Part shown: piece after piece, positions 9,733 through 17,875 of the stretch
Layout of the letters: every line of letters begins with the position of its first letter
Position numbering within the stretch: the stretch's first letter is position 1
Source of the DNA: an uncultured Chloroflexia bacterium
Lineage (GTDB): Bacteria; Chloroflexota; Anaerolineae; Anaerolineales; UBA4823
NCBI GenBank assembly: GCA_963792075.1
Contig: CAWBUW010000012.1
Coordinates: forward strand, 397,854 to 461,853
Reading direction: 5' to 3'
DNA: 64,000 bases
Program-made: the position numbers and the translations under genes
Notes under the pieces: model-generated
The model's input: the letters and a program-made list of their open reading frames with translations, nothing else
Database searches by the model: none
Told to the model about the DNA's origin: nothing

Positions 9733-10609
9733 TTATCCCTCCACCTTTTTACCAAGCAATCCTTGAGGTCTGAATAAAAGTATCAGGAAGAGGGCCAGGT
9801 AAAAAGTGATGGGGGACCAGGTCGCCCCTAAATAAAAATTCACAAACGCAGCGGCCGTGGCGAGCAGGAAGGAACTGACCAGGGCGCCCACCAGGCTGCC
9901 CATACCTCCCAAGACAACCAGGCTCATGATCATCCCGATCCAGGCTACATGTTTCGCGGGGTAAAAAGTAAACACGAAGCTGAGCAATGAGCCAGCCGCG
10001 CCCGCCATCGCCAGGCCAATCCCGAAGGAAAGGGTCGATATCCAGCTCACGTTCACACCTACGACTTGAGCTGCGTTCCTGTTTTGCATCGTGGCCCGGA
10101 TCGCGTTTCCGATACGGGTATACCTCAAGAAAAGCCACAAGCCACCGATCAGGACAATACTGATGATCAAAGCGTATAGTTGGCTTTGAGGGATAAAAAA
10201 TGGCCCAAAATTAAAAGATGTCTTGGCGTACTGTGGAGTAGTCGAACGGTAAATGCCGGTAAAGATGAAAGCCAATACGCCTTCGATTACCAGGCCCGTG
10301 GCAAAGGTGATCAACACGGTTATGTCGGTAAAGCGGGGATTATCGGCTCGGGAGGCGAATAAGAACTCGATAATAGATCATCCCGACCGCAAACATAACC
10401 GGCATCGTGATCGCCATTGAAAGAATTGGGTCCAGGTTAAACGATTTAAATAACCAAAAGGTCAGGTAAGCTGCCATAACGATAAAAGCGGAATGCGCCA
10501 GATTTACGATACGCATGACGCCAAAAATCAAAGTCATGCCGGATGACATCAGAGCGTAAACCCCACCTAAGGCAATGCCAAGAATTAATATCTGTAAAAC
10601 TTGCGTCAT
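9733..10609 (-). pseudogene. LivH-like ABC permease interrupted by a single frameshift (or an assembly indel)
   Basis: An 89-aa N-terminal ORF (10340-10609) and a 194-aa C-terminal ORF (9733-10317, frame open up to 10377) together make one ~290-aa LivH-type permease. The two frames overlap only in 10343-10377. Confidence 0.7.
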
Positions 10610-10611
10610 TT

Positions 10612-11355
10612 TTACTCCTCCGTAGCCAGCGGGTTGCGCCGTTTGCCGAGGTAAAGTTCTTGAATACGCGGATCGCTCAACACTTCTGAAGCCGGGCTTT
10701 CAAAACTATTCGTTCCAAGATCCAGGACAACGCCTTGATCCGCGATTTGAAGGCCCTTGCGCGCATTTTGCTCAACTAATAGAATGGTCATTCCATTATT
10801 GCGCAAGTCGGTGATGGTGGAAAATATTTGCTGAACAACCTTGGGGGAGAGCCCCAGCGACGGTTCATCCAGCATGATCATTTCGGGTTTAAGCACCAGC
10901 GCGCGAGCAATGGCACATAACTGCTGCTGCCCGCCAGAGAGGGTCCGGGCCATTTGAGAACTTTTTTCTTTAAGAATAGGGAACATAGTAAATATTTCCT
11001 CTATCCTTTGATCCACCAGGCGTGGATTCCGCATAACGTATCCACCCATACGCAAATTTTCTTTGACAGTCATTTCGGGGAATAAACTGCGGTCCGACGG
11101 AACATAACTTAATCCGCGTTGCAAAACTTGATCGGCGCGTAATCCGCTGATCACTTCTCCTTTGAAGGTAATTTTCCCTTCGCGGGGTTTTAATAAGCCA
11201 GCAATGACTTTTACTAATGTGGATTTTCCAGCGCCGTTGGGACCAATGATGCAGTAAGTTTTACCAGATTCAACGGTAAGCGATAGACCTTTGAGAATAT
11301 TAGGGCCACTTCCGTAACCAGCGACAACATTTTCAATTACGAGAGTTCCCATCAC
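10612..11355 (-). CDS. Liv-type ABC transporter ATP-binding protein (LivF-like)
   Basis: Walker A GPNGAGKST, signature LSGGQQQ, Walker B IMLDEPS. Confidence 0.9.
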   Translation of the reverse strand: MMGTLVIENVVAGYGSGPNILKGLSLTVESGKTYCIIGPNGAGKSTLVKVIAGLLKPREGKITFKGEVISGLRADQVLQRGLSYVPSDRSLFPEMTVKENLRMGGYVMRNPRLVDQRIEEIFTMFPILKEKSSQMARTLSGGQQQLCAIARALVLKPEMIMLDEPSLGLSPKVVQQIFSTITDLRNNGMTILLVEQNARKGLQIADQGVVLDLGTNSFESPASEVLSDPRIQELYLGKRRNPLATEE

Positions 11356-12096
11356 TCATTCTCCTAAATAGGCTTCCATCACCAGGTTGTTATTTTGAAT
11401 GTCTTTTGGACACCCCTCGGCAAGGACAGACCCATAGGCCATACAGATGACAGGATCGCTAATTTTCATTACCAGGTCCATATTGTGTTCAACGATAAGA
11501 AATGTAATCCCTTTTTTATTTAATTCTAAAATCCGGTCGATAATACTTTCCAGCAGGGTGGGGTTTACCCCACCGGCAGGTTCATCAAGCATAATAAGTT
11601 TTGGTTCGGACATTAAAACGGATGCAAACTCCATAAGTTTTTTCTGCCCGTAAGATAAATTCTTCGCTTTTTCTTGTACCAGGTGAGCAATACCAACAAA
11701 AGAGAGCAGTTCCATCGCATGCTCAGTCTCCCGCCCGGACATACTGGAACGAAACATGTCAAAGAAACCATTTACCTGGGACTGGACGACCATGTTTTCA
11801 AGAACGGTCATTTCTTGCAGATCACGCGTGATCTGGAAAGTGCGGTTGATCCCTCTACGGGTAATTTCATGAGGTTGCAGTCCATTGATCTTTTTACCCT
11901 GGAAAAAAACTTCTCCGGAGTTTGGGGTCAGTAAACCAGTGACCAAATTGAAAACGGTCGTCTTTCCAGCGCCATTTGGACCGATGAGGCTTACGATGCG
12001 TCCTTCGTCGACAGAAAATGTACAGTTGCTTACGGCCTGGATTCCGCCGAAATGCTTATTTAGATTTTTTATTTCTAATAATGCCATTTTAGTCAC
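11356..12096 (-). CDS. Liv-type ABC transporter ATP-binding protein (LivG-like)
   Basis: Walker A GPNGAGKTT, signature LSYGQKK, Walker B IMLDEPA. Directly abuts the LivF-like gene. Confidence 0.9.
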   Translation of the reverse strand: MTKMALLEIKNLNKHFGGIQAVSNCTFSVDEGRIVSLIGPNGAGKTTVFNLVTGLLTPNSGEVFFQGKKINGLQPHEITRRGINRTFQITRDLQEMTVLENMVVQSQVNGFFDMFRSSMSGRETEHAMELLSFVGIAHLVQEKAKNLSYGQKKLMEFASVLMSEPKLIMLDEPAGGVNPTLLESIIDRILELNKKGITFLIVEHNMDLVMKISDPVICMAYGSVLAEGCPKDIQNNNLVMEAYLGE

Positions 12097-12156
12097 CGTG
12101 AACCAGATGATGATCTTTCAAAAAAATTCCCAGCCTGTCCAAAAAGGACCTTAGCA

Positions 12157-12246
12157 TGCTGTTCATCCCCCACAAGTAGGGGGTGAACAGCACAAAATCC
12201 TGTCTATAGCGTGTCTGTCCCCAAAAAAGTTTTCAGGGACAGACAC
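12157..12246. repeat. Structured intergenic element, copy A (two hairpins)
   Basis: Hairpin 1 pairs 12157-12169 with 12178-12190 (13 bp). The linker contains ACAAAATCC. Hairpin 2 pairs 12209-12220 with 12235-12246 (12 bp) around a CAAAAAAGTTTTCA loop. Alignable to 28119-28202. Confidence 0.7.
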
Positions 12247-12265
12247 GATTTGCATCAAAACTGAT

Positions 12266-13675
12266 TTACCATTCAGGTTTTGGATAAACGAGGGGTTTGA
12301 CACCCGGAAATGCATCAGTCGGGTAAACAAACTCAAGTTTTCCATCTTGCCATTGGGTCATGATGAAGGATTTGTTGATCGGAAGACCCCGTTCGTCCCA
12401 ATAGAAATCGCCGAGAATAGTTTTTACAGGATTGTCTTTCGTGCGGGCAGCGAGCCAATCACGCAAAACAGTGTTATCGGTCGATCCGGTTGCCCGGACT
12501 GCCTGTTCAATTCCCTGGCATAGAGCAAAGGGGATGGCTTCGTCTTCACCACCTTCAGCGTTATATTTGGCTTTGAAGGCATCCAGGAACATCTGATTGG
12601 TGAATTCCTTGCCATTCAACATGCCAGTGAAATTCGCCAGCGGATGCCATGAGGCTTGAATGGTAATTCCATTCGCTGCACTCCCCAGCGCTTCGCCGAA
12701 TTCCTTCTGTCCGCCCTGGCTCATGAAGAGACCTTTAGGATTGTAGCCGACCTGCTGTAAAGCGCGAACGAGGTTAATGGCTTCATCCGCTGAGGTAACA
12801 GGGGCAAAAACAAAATCCGCATTCGCGGCCTTCAATGAAGAGGCTAAGGTGGTCCAGTCAGAGAAGCCTTCCGGCCATTGCTGTTTGAAGACAACTTCGG
12901 CATTCAACTTCGAGAGTTCACCCGGAGCAAGGCTGACGGTCTTGTCCGTGCCATCATTGTTCTTGAATGTGACATCTTCGCCGAGCAGGCCGGCGATCAA
13001 AGCGTTGGCGTAGAAATCATCTGCCCACGCTAATGCAATGGTCTTGGGTTGTTGGTCGGCAGGAATCAAATCCTGGATCATCATTACAGGAGATGCGCCG
13101 ATATATTCAGCAGCATTCGGCTGGAAGTAAACCAGGTATTTGAAACCGCGCTCATATACACGCAATGCGGCAGCCGAGGGGATGGGGTGTAAGACTTTTG
13201 CCTGCTCAGTAACTGCTGAAGCGGGGAAAGTCAATTTACTGGAGAAGGTGCCGAAGATGAGATCAACCTTATCGACATTGATAAAGCGTTCCATTTGAGC
13301 AAGTGTAGTGTCGACATCAGATTGGTTGTCGCTGACGACTAATTCCACAGGCCGTCCGAGCAGACCGCCCGCTTCGTTAATCAGGTCAACACAAAGCTGG
13401 TAACCATCACGGTGTTTCGTACCGGTGATCGAGAACTCACCTGTCAATGGAAGGGATGTTCCGATTTTGATCGGAGCCGCTTCGGCGGCAACCGGAACTT
13501 CAGTAGCCGTTGGGGGTTCTGTTGCAGCAGGAGCTTCCGGTGCAGTAACTTCGGTTGCTGCAGGAGCTTCCGGCGCAGTGGCTTCAGTCGGCGCAGGTGT
13601 AGCTTGCGCACAGGCGCCCAGCACCAGAGCACCGATCATGAAGACCGCAATTAGCAAAGACAAACTCTTTTTCAT
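12266..13675 (-). CDS. Lipoprotein solute-binding protein, type I periplasmic-binding fold (LivK-like)
   Basis: 469-aa ORF. Signal peptide plus lipobox LVLGAC, then an Ala/Pro/Thr/Glu linker with 11-aa repeats, then a LivK-like domain. RBS AAGAGGAG. Confidence 0.85.
   Translation of the reverse strand: MKKSLSLLIAVFMIGALVLGACAQATPAPTEATAPEAPAATEVTAPEAPAATEPPTATEVPVAAEAAPIKIGTSLPLTGEFSITGTKHRDGYQLCVDLINEAGGLLGRPVELVVSDNQSDVDTTLAQMERFINVDKVDLIFGTFSSKLTFPASAVTEQAKVLHPIPSAAALRVYERGFKYLVYFQPNAAEYIGASPVMMIQDLIPADQQPKTIALAWADDFYANALIAGLLGEDVTFKNNDGTDKTVSLAPGELSKLNAEVVFKQQWPEGFSDWTTLASSLKAANADFVFAPVTSADEAINLVRALQQVGYNPKGLFMSQGGQKEFGEALGSAANGITIQASWHPLANFTGMLNGKEFTNQMFLDAFKAKYNAEGGEDEAIPFALCQGIEQAVRATGSTDNTVLRDWLAARTKDNPVKTILGDFYWDERGLPINKSFIMTQWQDGKLEFVYPTDAFPGVKPLVYPKPEW
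13524..13589 (-). repeat. 33-nt tandem duplication inside the SBP linker coding region
   Basis: Two adjacent 33-nt units (13524-13556 and 13557-13589) differ at a few positions and encode TE(A/V)TAPEAPAA repeats. Confidence 0.8.
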
Positions 13676-13813
13676 TATCTTTCTCCTCTTAGGTTGTTAC
13701 TTGAAATTTGATGGAACGATTGACTTTCGCTGACTTTTGGCTCGCTTTGGCTTTACCTCCTCAAAGATATCAAGTCTCGTTGGATTCAAAATAGCAGATA
13801 ATGGCTGCTGCGA

Positions 13814-14656
13814 TCAGCTTTGAGTTTCGAAATGTCCCATTTTCTGAGATATAACTTCAGCCGTCTCGATCAACTTTCTTCCATACTTCTCGATATCATT
13901 CTCGGGGAAACGTTGGATCGGGACAGAAATACTGATGGCTGCAATGGGATAGCCGAATCGATTTAAGATGGGGGCTCCTACACACCGACCGCCTACCTCA
14001 TTCTCCTGCTCATCGACTGAGTAGCCGCGGCGGTTGATGATGGCGATCTCATTCATAAATTTATCTCGATCGGTAATCGTAAAGGGGGTCACTGGATAGA
14101 AGTTGTAAGTTGCGAGCAGTTTCTGTCGTTCTGGTTCCGGAAGAAATGAAAAGATTGCCTTTCCCAGGGCTGTGCTGTGTAGCGATCCACGCCGGCCTAA
14201 TTCTGAGCGAATCCCTAAAGCGTGGTCTCCAAACATGCGCTCGATGTAGACCACCTCGTTTCCATCCTGGACCGCAAGATTAAGGCTTTCGCCGCACCAA
14301 TCTCTAAGCTCTTCGAGAAAAGGAGCAGCCACTTTACGAAGGTCCAAATGGTCCAGAAGAACGGCCGCTCGTTCGGCCAACTTTAAACCCAGCCTGTATT
14401 TTCGATTGGCTGGGTTCTGGTCTAAATAATTATTGACTTTTAGGGTATAGATCAACCCGGAGGCCGTGCCAACAGGTAGATCGAGAAGCTTCGCAATTTC
14501 TGCATTCCCGAGTTCTACATGTCCATTATTAAAAAGATTTAAAATATCAAGGGCACGTTGGACTGAGGCGATGATTTTTCGGGCTGTAGGTTTAGAGGTC
14601 GTTTCCAAGGGTGATTCGATAATTCCTTCCACCGGTAGATTCAAAATCGATAACAT
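13814..14656 (-). CDS. IclR family transcriptional regulator
   Basis: N-terminal wHTH (SVQRALDILNLF...AEIAKLLDLPVGTASGLIYTL) and a C-terminal IclR effector domain. The start is uncertain: ATG at 14656 or TTG at 14704. Confidence 0.8.
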   Translation of the reverse strand: MLSILNLPVEGIIESPLETTSKPTARKIIASVQRALDILNLFNNGHVELGNAEIAKLLDLPVGTASGLIYTLKVNNYLDQNPANRKYRLGLKLAERAAVLLDHLDLRKVAAPFLEELRDWCGESLNLAVQDGNEVVYIERMFGDHALGIRSELGRRGSLHSTALGKAIFSFLPEPERQKLLATYNFYPVTPFTITDRDKFMNEIAIINRRGYSVDEQENEVGGRCVGAPILNRFGYPIAAISISVPIQRFPENDIEKYGRKLIETAEVISQKMGHFETQS

Positions 14657-14733
14657 GCGACAATGTCGAATGGCATTTGGTATTATCGCATGTTTTTGCG
14701 CCAATTACAAGGGATGAATATGATGAAATTGGG

Positions 14734-14767
14734 GTATGCGGGGACGGCTTTTGCCGTCCCCGCATAC
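14734..14767 (-). terminator. Stem-loop downstream of the FAD-protein gene
   Basis: A 15-bp stem GTATGCGGGGACGGC / GCCGTCCCCGCATAC with a TTTT loop. An outer AATTGGGG...CCCCAATT pairing extends it. Only a weak T-tract follows. Confidence 0.5.
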
Positions 14768-14796
14768 TCCAAACCCCAATTTTGTTATTTTATGGA

Positions 14797-16767
14797 TTAT
14801 GAATAAATATCGCCGCTGCGGAATCTCGCCCAGGCGGTTTCAAACCAGGAGTCACTCTCCGGGATCGGCCGGCATAGCACCCATTGATGCTGGACATTTC
14901 CCTCCCCTACGCACGAAGTCTCAAGCACTTTCGTCCGATAAGATGCGTCTTCGATGGCAATCTTCCATGAGCTGTCCAGCATCTCGTGGACCTGACTCCC
15001 GTCAGGTTTTAAGACGATTGACGAGCCGCGACTTCCTACTCCGCTGGCTAGAGCGAACCTTATGGCATCCAGATAGACGACGTGAGCAAAGGCCAATTGC
15101 CTTACTCTGAACGCGTATTGCAAATGATTCTTGTTCTTGACTTTACAACCCGTCTGTAAAATTCGATGAACCTGATCCCATGCAGAAGGGATCTCGTCTT
15201 CCAAGGCAGGCAAACTGCGGATATGTGCTCCTGAACGAGACATCCTGGCTTGTATTTCCTGCATTTCTGCCTGCCATGATTTCTTTGCCGTTTGACATAA
15301 TTCCGCCCATTCCAAAACATGCTGCATGCGATCGGTTACGGCCAGGTTGACTTCAGCCTCTACCAGAGTCCAATTGGTGTAACGGTTGGCAATGTACTCC
15401 GCTGCCCGGAAACCGGCGACTTGTCCCGCGTTCAAAGAGGCTCCCCCTGGGCGGGTGACGCCATGAGACCCATTCACCTCACCGATTGGAAAAAGATGCT
15501 TGAGGTTCTTCAATTCGTACCAGATATTCCCGGCCAGGCCGCCGTTATTGTGTTGGGCGCAGACTGCCACTTCCAAAGGCTCATGGATCAGATCGATGTT
15601 GTGGTTTTTATACAGCTCCACAGCGCCGGGGTTCATATGCAAGAGGCGTTCGACCGGCGTGCTCTGTAAAGCGCCAGACCTCTCCAAATAAATGCGCGCT
15701 TCGTCCGGGAGAGATGAAAATGAAAAATCACGCGGGTTTGAACGGAAATCAAGGAATACCCGGCGGCCTTTTACCATTGTCTCGATATACACCAGGATGT
15801 CGACAATGGACGAGCCGCCAATTGCTTTCCGGGCGTCAAAAGGCCATTGATACCCTTTGAGGAAAATCATACCGTTCATCTCTGCGGTCGATTTGAAATA
15901 AGCGGGTAAAAATTCTTGCTCATCTGAAACGCCGTCCACATCCGTGCTGATCACCCTCGGGATGACCTGCATGTAGGTTCCCGAAACGTTCCAGCGGAAT
16001 TTTATCGAAGCCAATCCATATTGCGATTCGGGTAAATTCGCTGCCTGGGCGCCGGCCATCAGCCCTAATCCGATGGCGCCAGAATGGACAGCGGGATATA
16101 CGCTTGTTTTATATAATCCGCCAGGACCGCCCACCGCGAAGATCAGGTTCTCACAAACATAAGCTTCAAAATTGCCTTCTTTATTCACGGCGATGAGGCC
16201 AGCCACACGAGGTGAATCTCCTCCGACTGAAATCAACTCAACCGCATTCCGCCCTTCACGAATTTCAACGCCCAATGCTTTCACCTGATCGATCAGCTTC
16301 AAACACATTTCTTTCGATGTATACGGGCCGATCGAAGTAGCCCGCTGCCGTGGATCATGGTCGGTCTTATAGCCTACAAACTGGCCGTATGCATCGCGAG
16401 GAAACGGGACCCCCAGATTAACCAGGTTGATGAAGCTTCGAACGGACAAACTCAATTCGACCAGGGCGAGATCTCCGTGCATCGATCCGTTGGCGAAATA
16501 GGTCTCGGCCATGGCCCGGGGCAAATCGACTTCATCGCCGCACAACGATAATTTGTAATAAGTTTGTTTATCACTGCCCGTATTGATCGAGGTGCCCTGC
16601 GAAAGTCCTTCCGTTATGATCATCAGGTCTTTAACGCCATTGAGAAAAAGTTGAGCGGCTGCATTCAATCCGGCGGCTCCGCTGCCTAAAACCAACGTAT
16701 GCACGCGAAATACCGGAACCTTATATTGATTCTGGTTTACAGTTAAATTGAGATATGCATCAGTCAT
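14797..16767 (-). CDS. FAD-binding oxidoreductase, fumarate reductase/succinate dehydrogenase flavoprotein-like (FAD_binding_2)
   Basis: 656-aa ORF. N-terminal dinucleotide fold VLVLGSGAAGLNAA. Size and pattern resemble FrdA/SdhA/aspartate-oxidase-type flavoproteins. GAGGAG RBS. Substrate unknown. Confidence 0.7.
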   Translation of the reverse strand: MTDAYLNLTVNQNQYKVPVFRVHTLVLGSGAAGLNAAAQLFLNGVKDLMIITEGLSQGTSINTGSDKQTYYKLSLCGDEVDLPRAMAETYFANGSMHGDLALVELSLSVRSFINLVNLGVPFPRDAYGQFVGYKTDHDPRQRATSIGPYTSKEMCLKLIDQVKALGVEIREGRNAVELISVGGDSPRVAGLIAVNKEGNFEAYVCENLIFAVGGPGGLYKTSVYPAVHSGAIGLGLMAGAQAANLPESQYGLASIKFRWNVSGTYMQVIPRVISTDVDGVSDEQEFLPAYFKSTAEMNGMIFLKGYQWPFDARKAIGGSSIVDILVYIETMVKGRRVFLDFRSNPRDFSFSSLPDEARIYLERSGALQSTPVERLLHMNPGAVELYKNHNIDLIHEPLEVAVCAQHNNGGLAGNIWYELKNLKHLFPIGEVNGSHGVTRPGGASLNAGQVAGFRAAEYIANRYTNWTLVEAEVNLAVTDRMQHVLEWAELCQTAKKSWQAEMQEIQARMSRSGAHIRSLPALEDEIPSAWDQVHRILQTGCKVKNKNHLQYAFRVRQLAFAHVVYLDAIRFALASGVGSRGSSIVLKPDGSQVHEMLDSSWKIAIEDASYRTKVLETSCVGEGNVQHQWVLCRPIPESDSWFETAWARFRSGDIYS

Positions 16768-16861
16768 TTAAAGGCTCCTCGGAGAATTTTGTTTGTGTTT
16801 TTGGATTATATCATCCGGTTTAATCGCAAAAACAGTGCCTTTTGTCAGGCAGCACGTTTAA

Positions 16862-16882
16862 TAATATACAGTTAGTATATTA
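16862..16882. promoter_or_regulatory. Operator-like inverted repeat TAATATAC-N5-GTATATTA upstream of the GRE operon
   Basis: Perfect 8-bp arms sitting where the -35 region of the putative promoter would be. Confidence 0.4.
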
Positions 16883-16899
16883 TCTGCTCGGCTTTGAGA

Positions 16900-16905
16900 T
16901 ATAAT
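16900..16905 (+). promoter_or_regulatory. Candidate -10 box TATAAT, 6 nt upstream of the activase ATG (leaderless configuration)
   Basis: An exact TATAAT at 16900-16905 with the ATG at 16912 and no SD between them. Confidence 0.4.
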
Positions 16906-16911
16906 ACGGGC

Positions 16912-17817
16912 ATGACCATCCCCTCCGGCCTGATCTTCGACCTCAAGCGCTATGCCATCAACGATGGGCCGGGCATCCGCACGACAGTGTTCCTCAAAGG
17001 CTGCCCACTGCGCTGCGCCTGGTGCCACAACCCGGAGAGCCAGTCGCCCCAGCCGGAGCTGATGTTCCGATCCAACCGCTGCATCGCCTGCGGCGCGTGC
17101 GAACAGGCCTGCAAATACGACGCCATCCACATGGAAATGGCTGACCAGGTGATCCGCGATCCGGAAAAGTGCATGAACTGTGGCGACTGCGCCGCAGCCT
17201 GCTACAGCGAGGCGCGCCAATGGGTCGGGCAGACCGTCACGCCCGCGCAACTCCTGGCGGAGATCGAACGTGACCAGGCGTTCTATGACGCTTCGGGCGG
17301 TGGGGTGACCTTTTCGGGCGGTGAGCCGCTGCTGCAGCCCGCTTTCCTGGCCGAAACGCTGCGCCTGTGCAAAGCGCACGAGATCCATACCAGCGTGGAC
17401 ACCTGCGGCTACGCCTCCTGGGCGAAGCTGGAAGCGCTGCACGGGCTGGTGGACCTGTACCTGTACGACCTGAAAGTAATGGACGACGCCCGCCATCGCC
17501 AGCACACCGGCGTCTCGAACCGGGTAATCCTGGAAAATATTCACAGGCTGGCCCAAGGCGGCGCGCACCTGGTCATCCGCATCCCGCTGGTAGCGGGGTT
17601 CAACGATGACGCCGGCAATCTGGAGCAGACTGCCGTTTTCCTGGCAAAGCTGCCCGGCATCGAACGCGTCGACCTGGCGCCGTATCACGAGATCGGCAGC
17701 GCCAAGTACAGCGCGCTGGAACGCAGCCAGCCACAGTTCAGCCCCCCCGGCCCGGACACGCTCGCCCAGGCGATCGAGATTTTCGCCCGCTACGGGCTGA
17801 GCGCCCAACAGATCTAA
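16912..17817 (+). CDS. Glycyl-radical enzyme activating enzyme (radical SAM, with two extra ferredoxin-like clusters)
   Basis: Radical-SAM [10 protein letters not shown] (CxxxCxxC) plus [11 protein letters not shown] and [20 protein letters not shown]-binding motif. ATG at 16912; the ORF-track start at 16894 is a TTG. Confidence 0.9.
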   Translation: MTIPSGLIFDLKRYAINDGPGIRTTVFLKGCPLRCAWCHNPESQSPQPELMFRSNRCIACGACEQACKYDAIHMEMADQVIRDPEKCMNCGDCAAACYSEARQWVGQTVTPAQLLAEIERDQAFYDASGGGVTFSGGEPLLQPAFLAETLRLCKAHEIHTSVDTCGYASWAKLEALHGLVDLYLYDLKVMDDARHRQHTGVSNRVILENIHRLAQGGAHLVIRIPLVAGFNDDAGNLEQTAVFLAKLPGIERVDLAPYHEIGSAKYSALERSQPQFSPPGPDTLAQAIEIFARYGLSAQQI

Positions 17818-17824
17818 CCCTTTT

Positions 17825-17854
17825 GTTCGTTGGGTGCAGATGCGCCCAACGAAC
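17825..17854 (+). other. Intercistronic hairpin between the activase and GRE genes
   Basis: A 13-bp stem (one G-U pair in plus sense) with loop AGAT. It lies between the activase stop (17817) and the GRE RBS (~17865). Confidence 0.6.
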
Positions 17855-17875
17855 GAAGGAAAGAAGAGGAAGATT

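Noticed and set aside
10318-10380. Programmed ribosomal frameshifting at the livH-like and SBP (47850-47917) interruptions.
   Set aside because: There is no slippery heptamer or stimulatory structure at either site. Both are better explained by single-base indels, either mutation or assembly error.
12163-12345. 60-aa minus-strand ORF overlapping intergenic element A and the 3' end of the SBP gene.
   Set aside because: It overlaps the SBP coding region and two hairpins and has no RBS. The region is better explained as a structured non-coding element that also occurs at 28.1 kb.
13524-13589. Possible CRISPR-like or minisatellite repeat.
   Set aside because: There are only two adjacent 33-nt units without spacers. 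They are in frame inside a lipoprotein linker and encode an 11-aa peptide repeat, so this is not a CRISPR array.
16768-16911. Genomic-island boundary with mobile-element hallmarks.
   Set aside because: The composition changes here, but I found no integrase, transposase, tRNA or flanking direct repeats in the window. I report it only as a compositional discontinuity.
16858-17808. 316-aa minus-strand ORF opposite the GRE activase gene.
   Set aside because: Same reasoning. It has shadow-ORF composition (Ala/Gly/Arg/Val-rich), and the plus strand carries unmistakable radical-SAM motifs.
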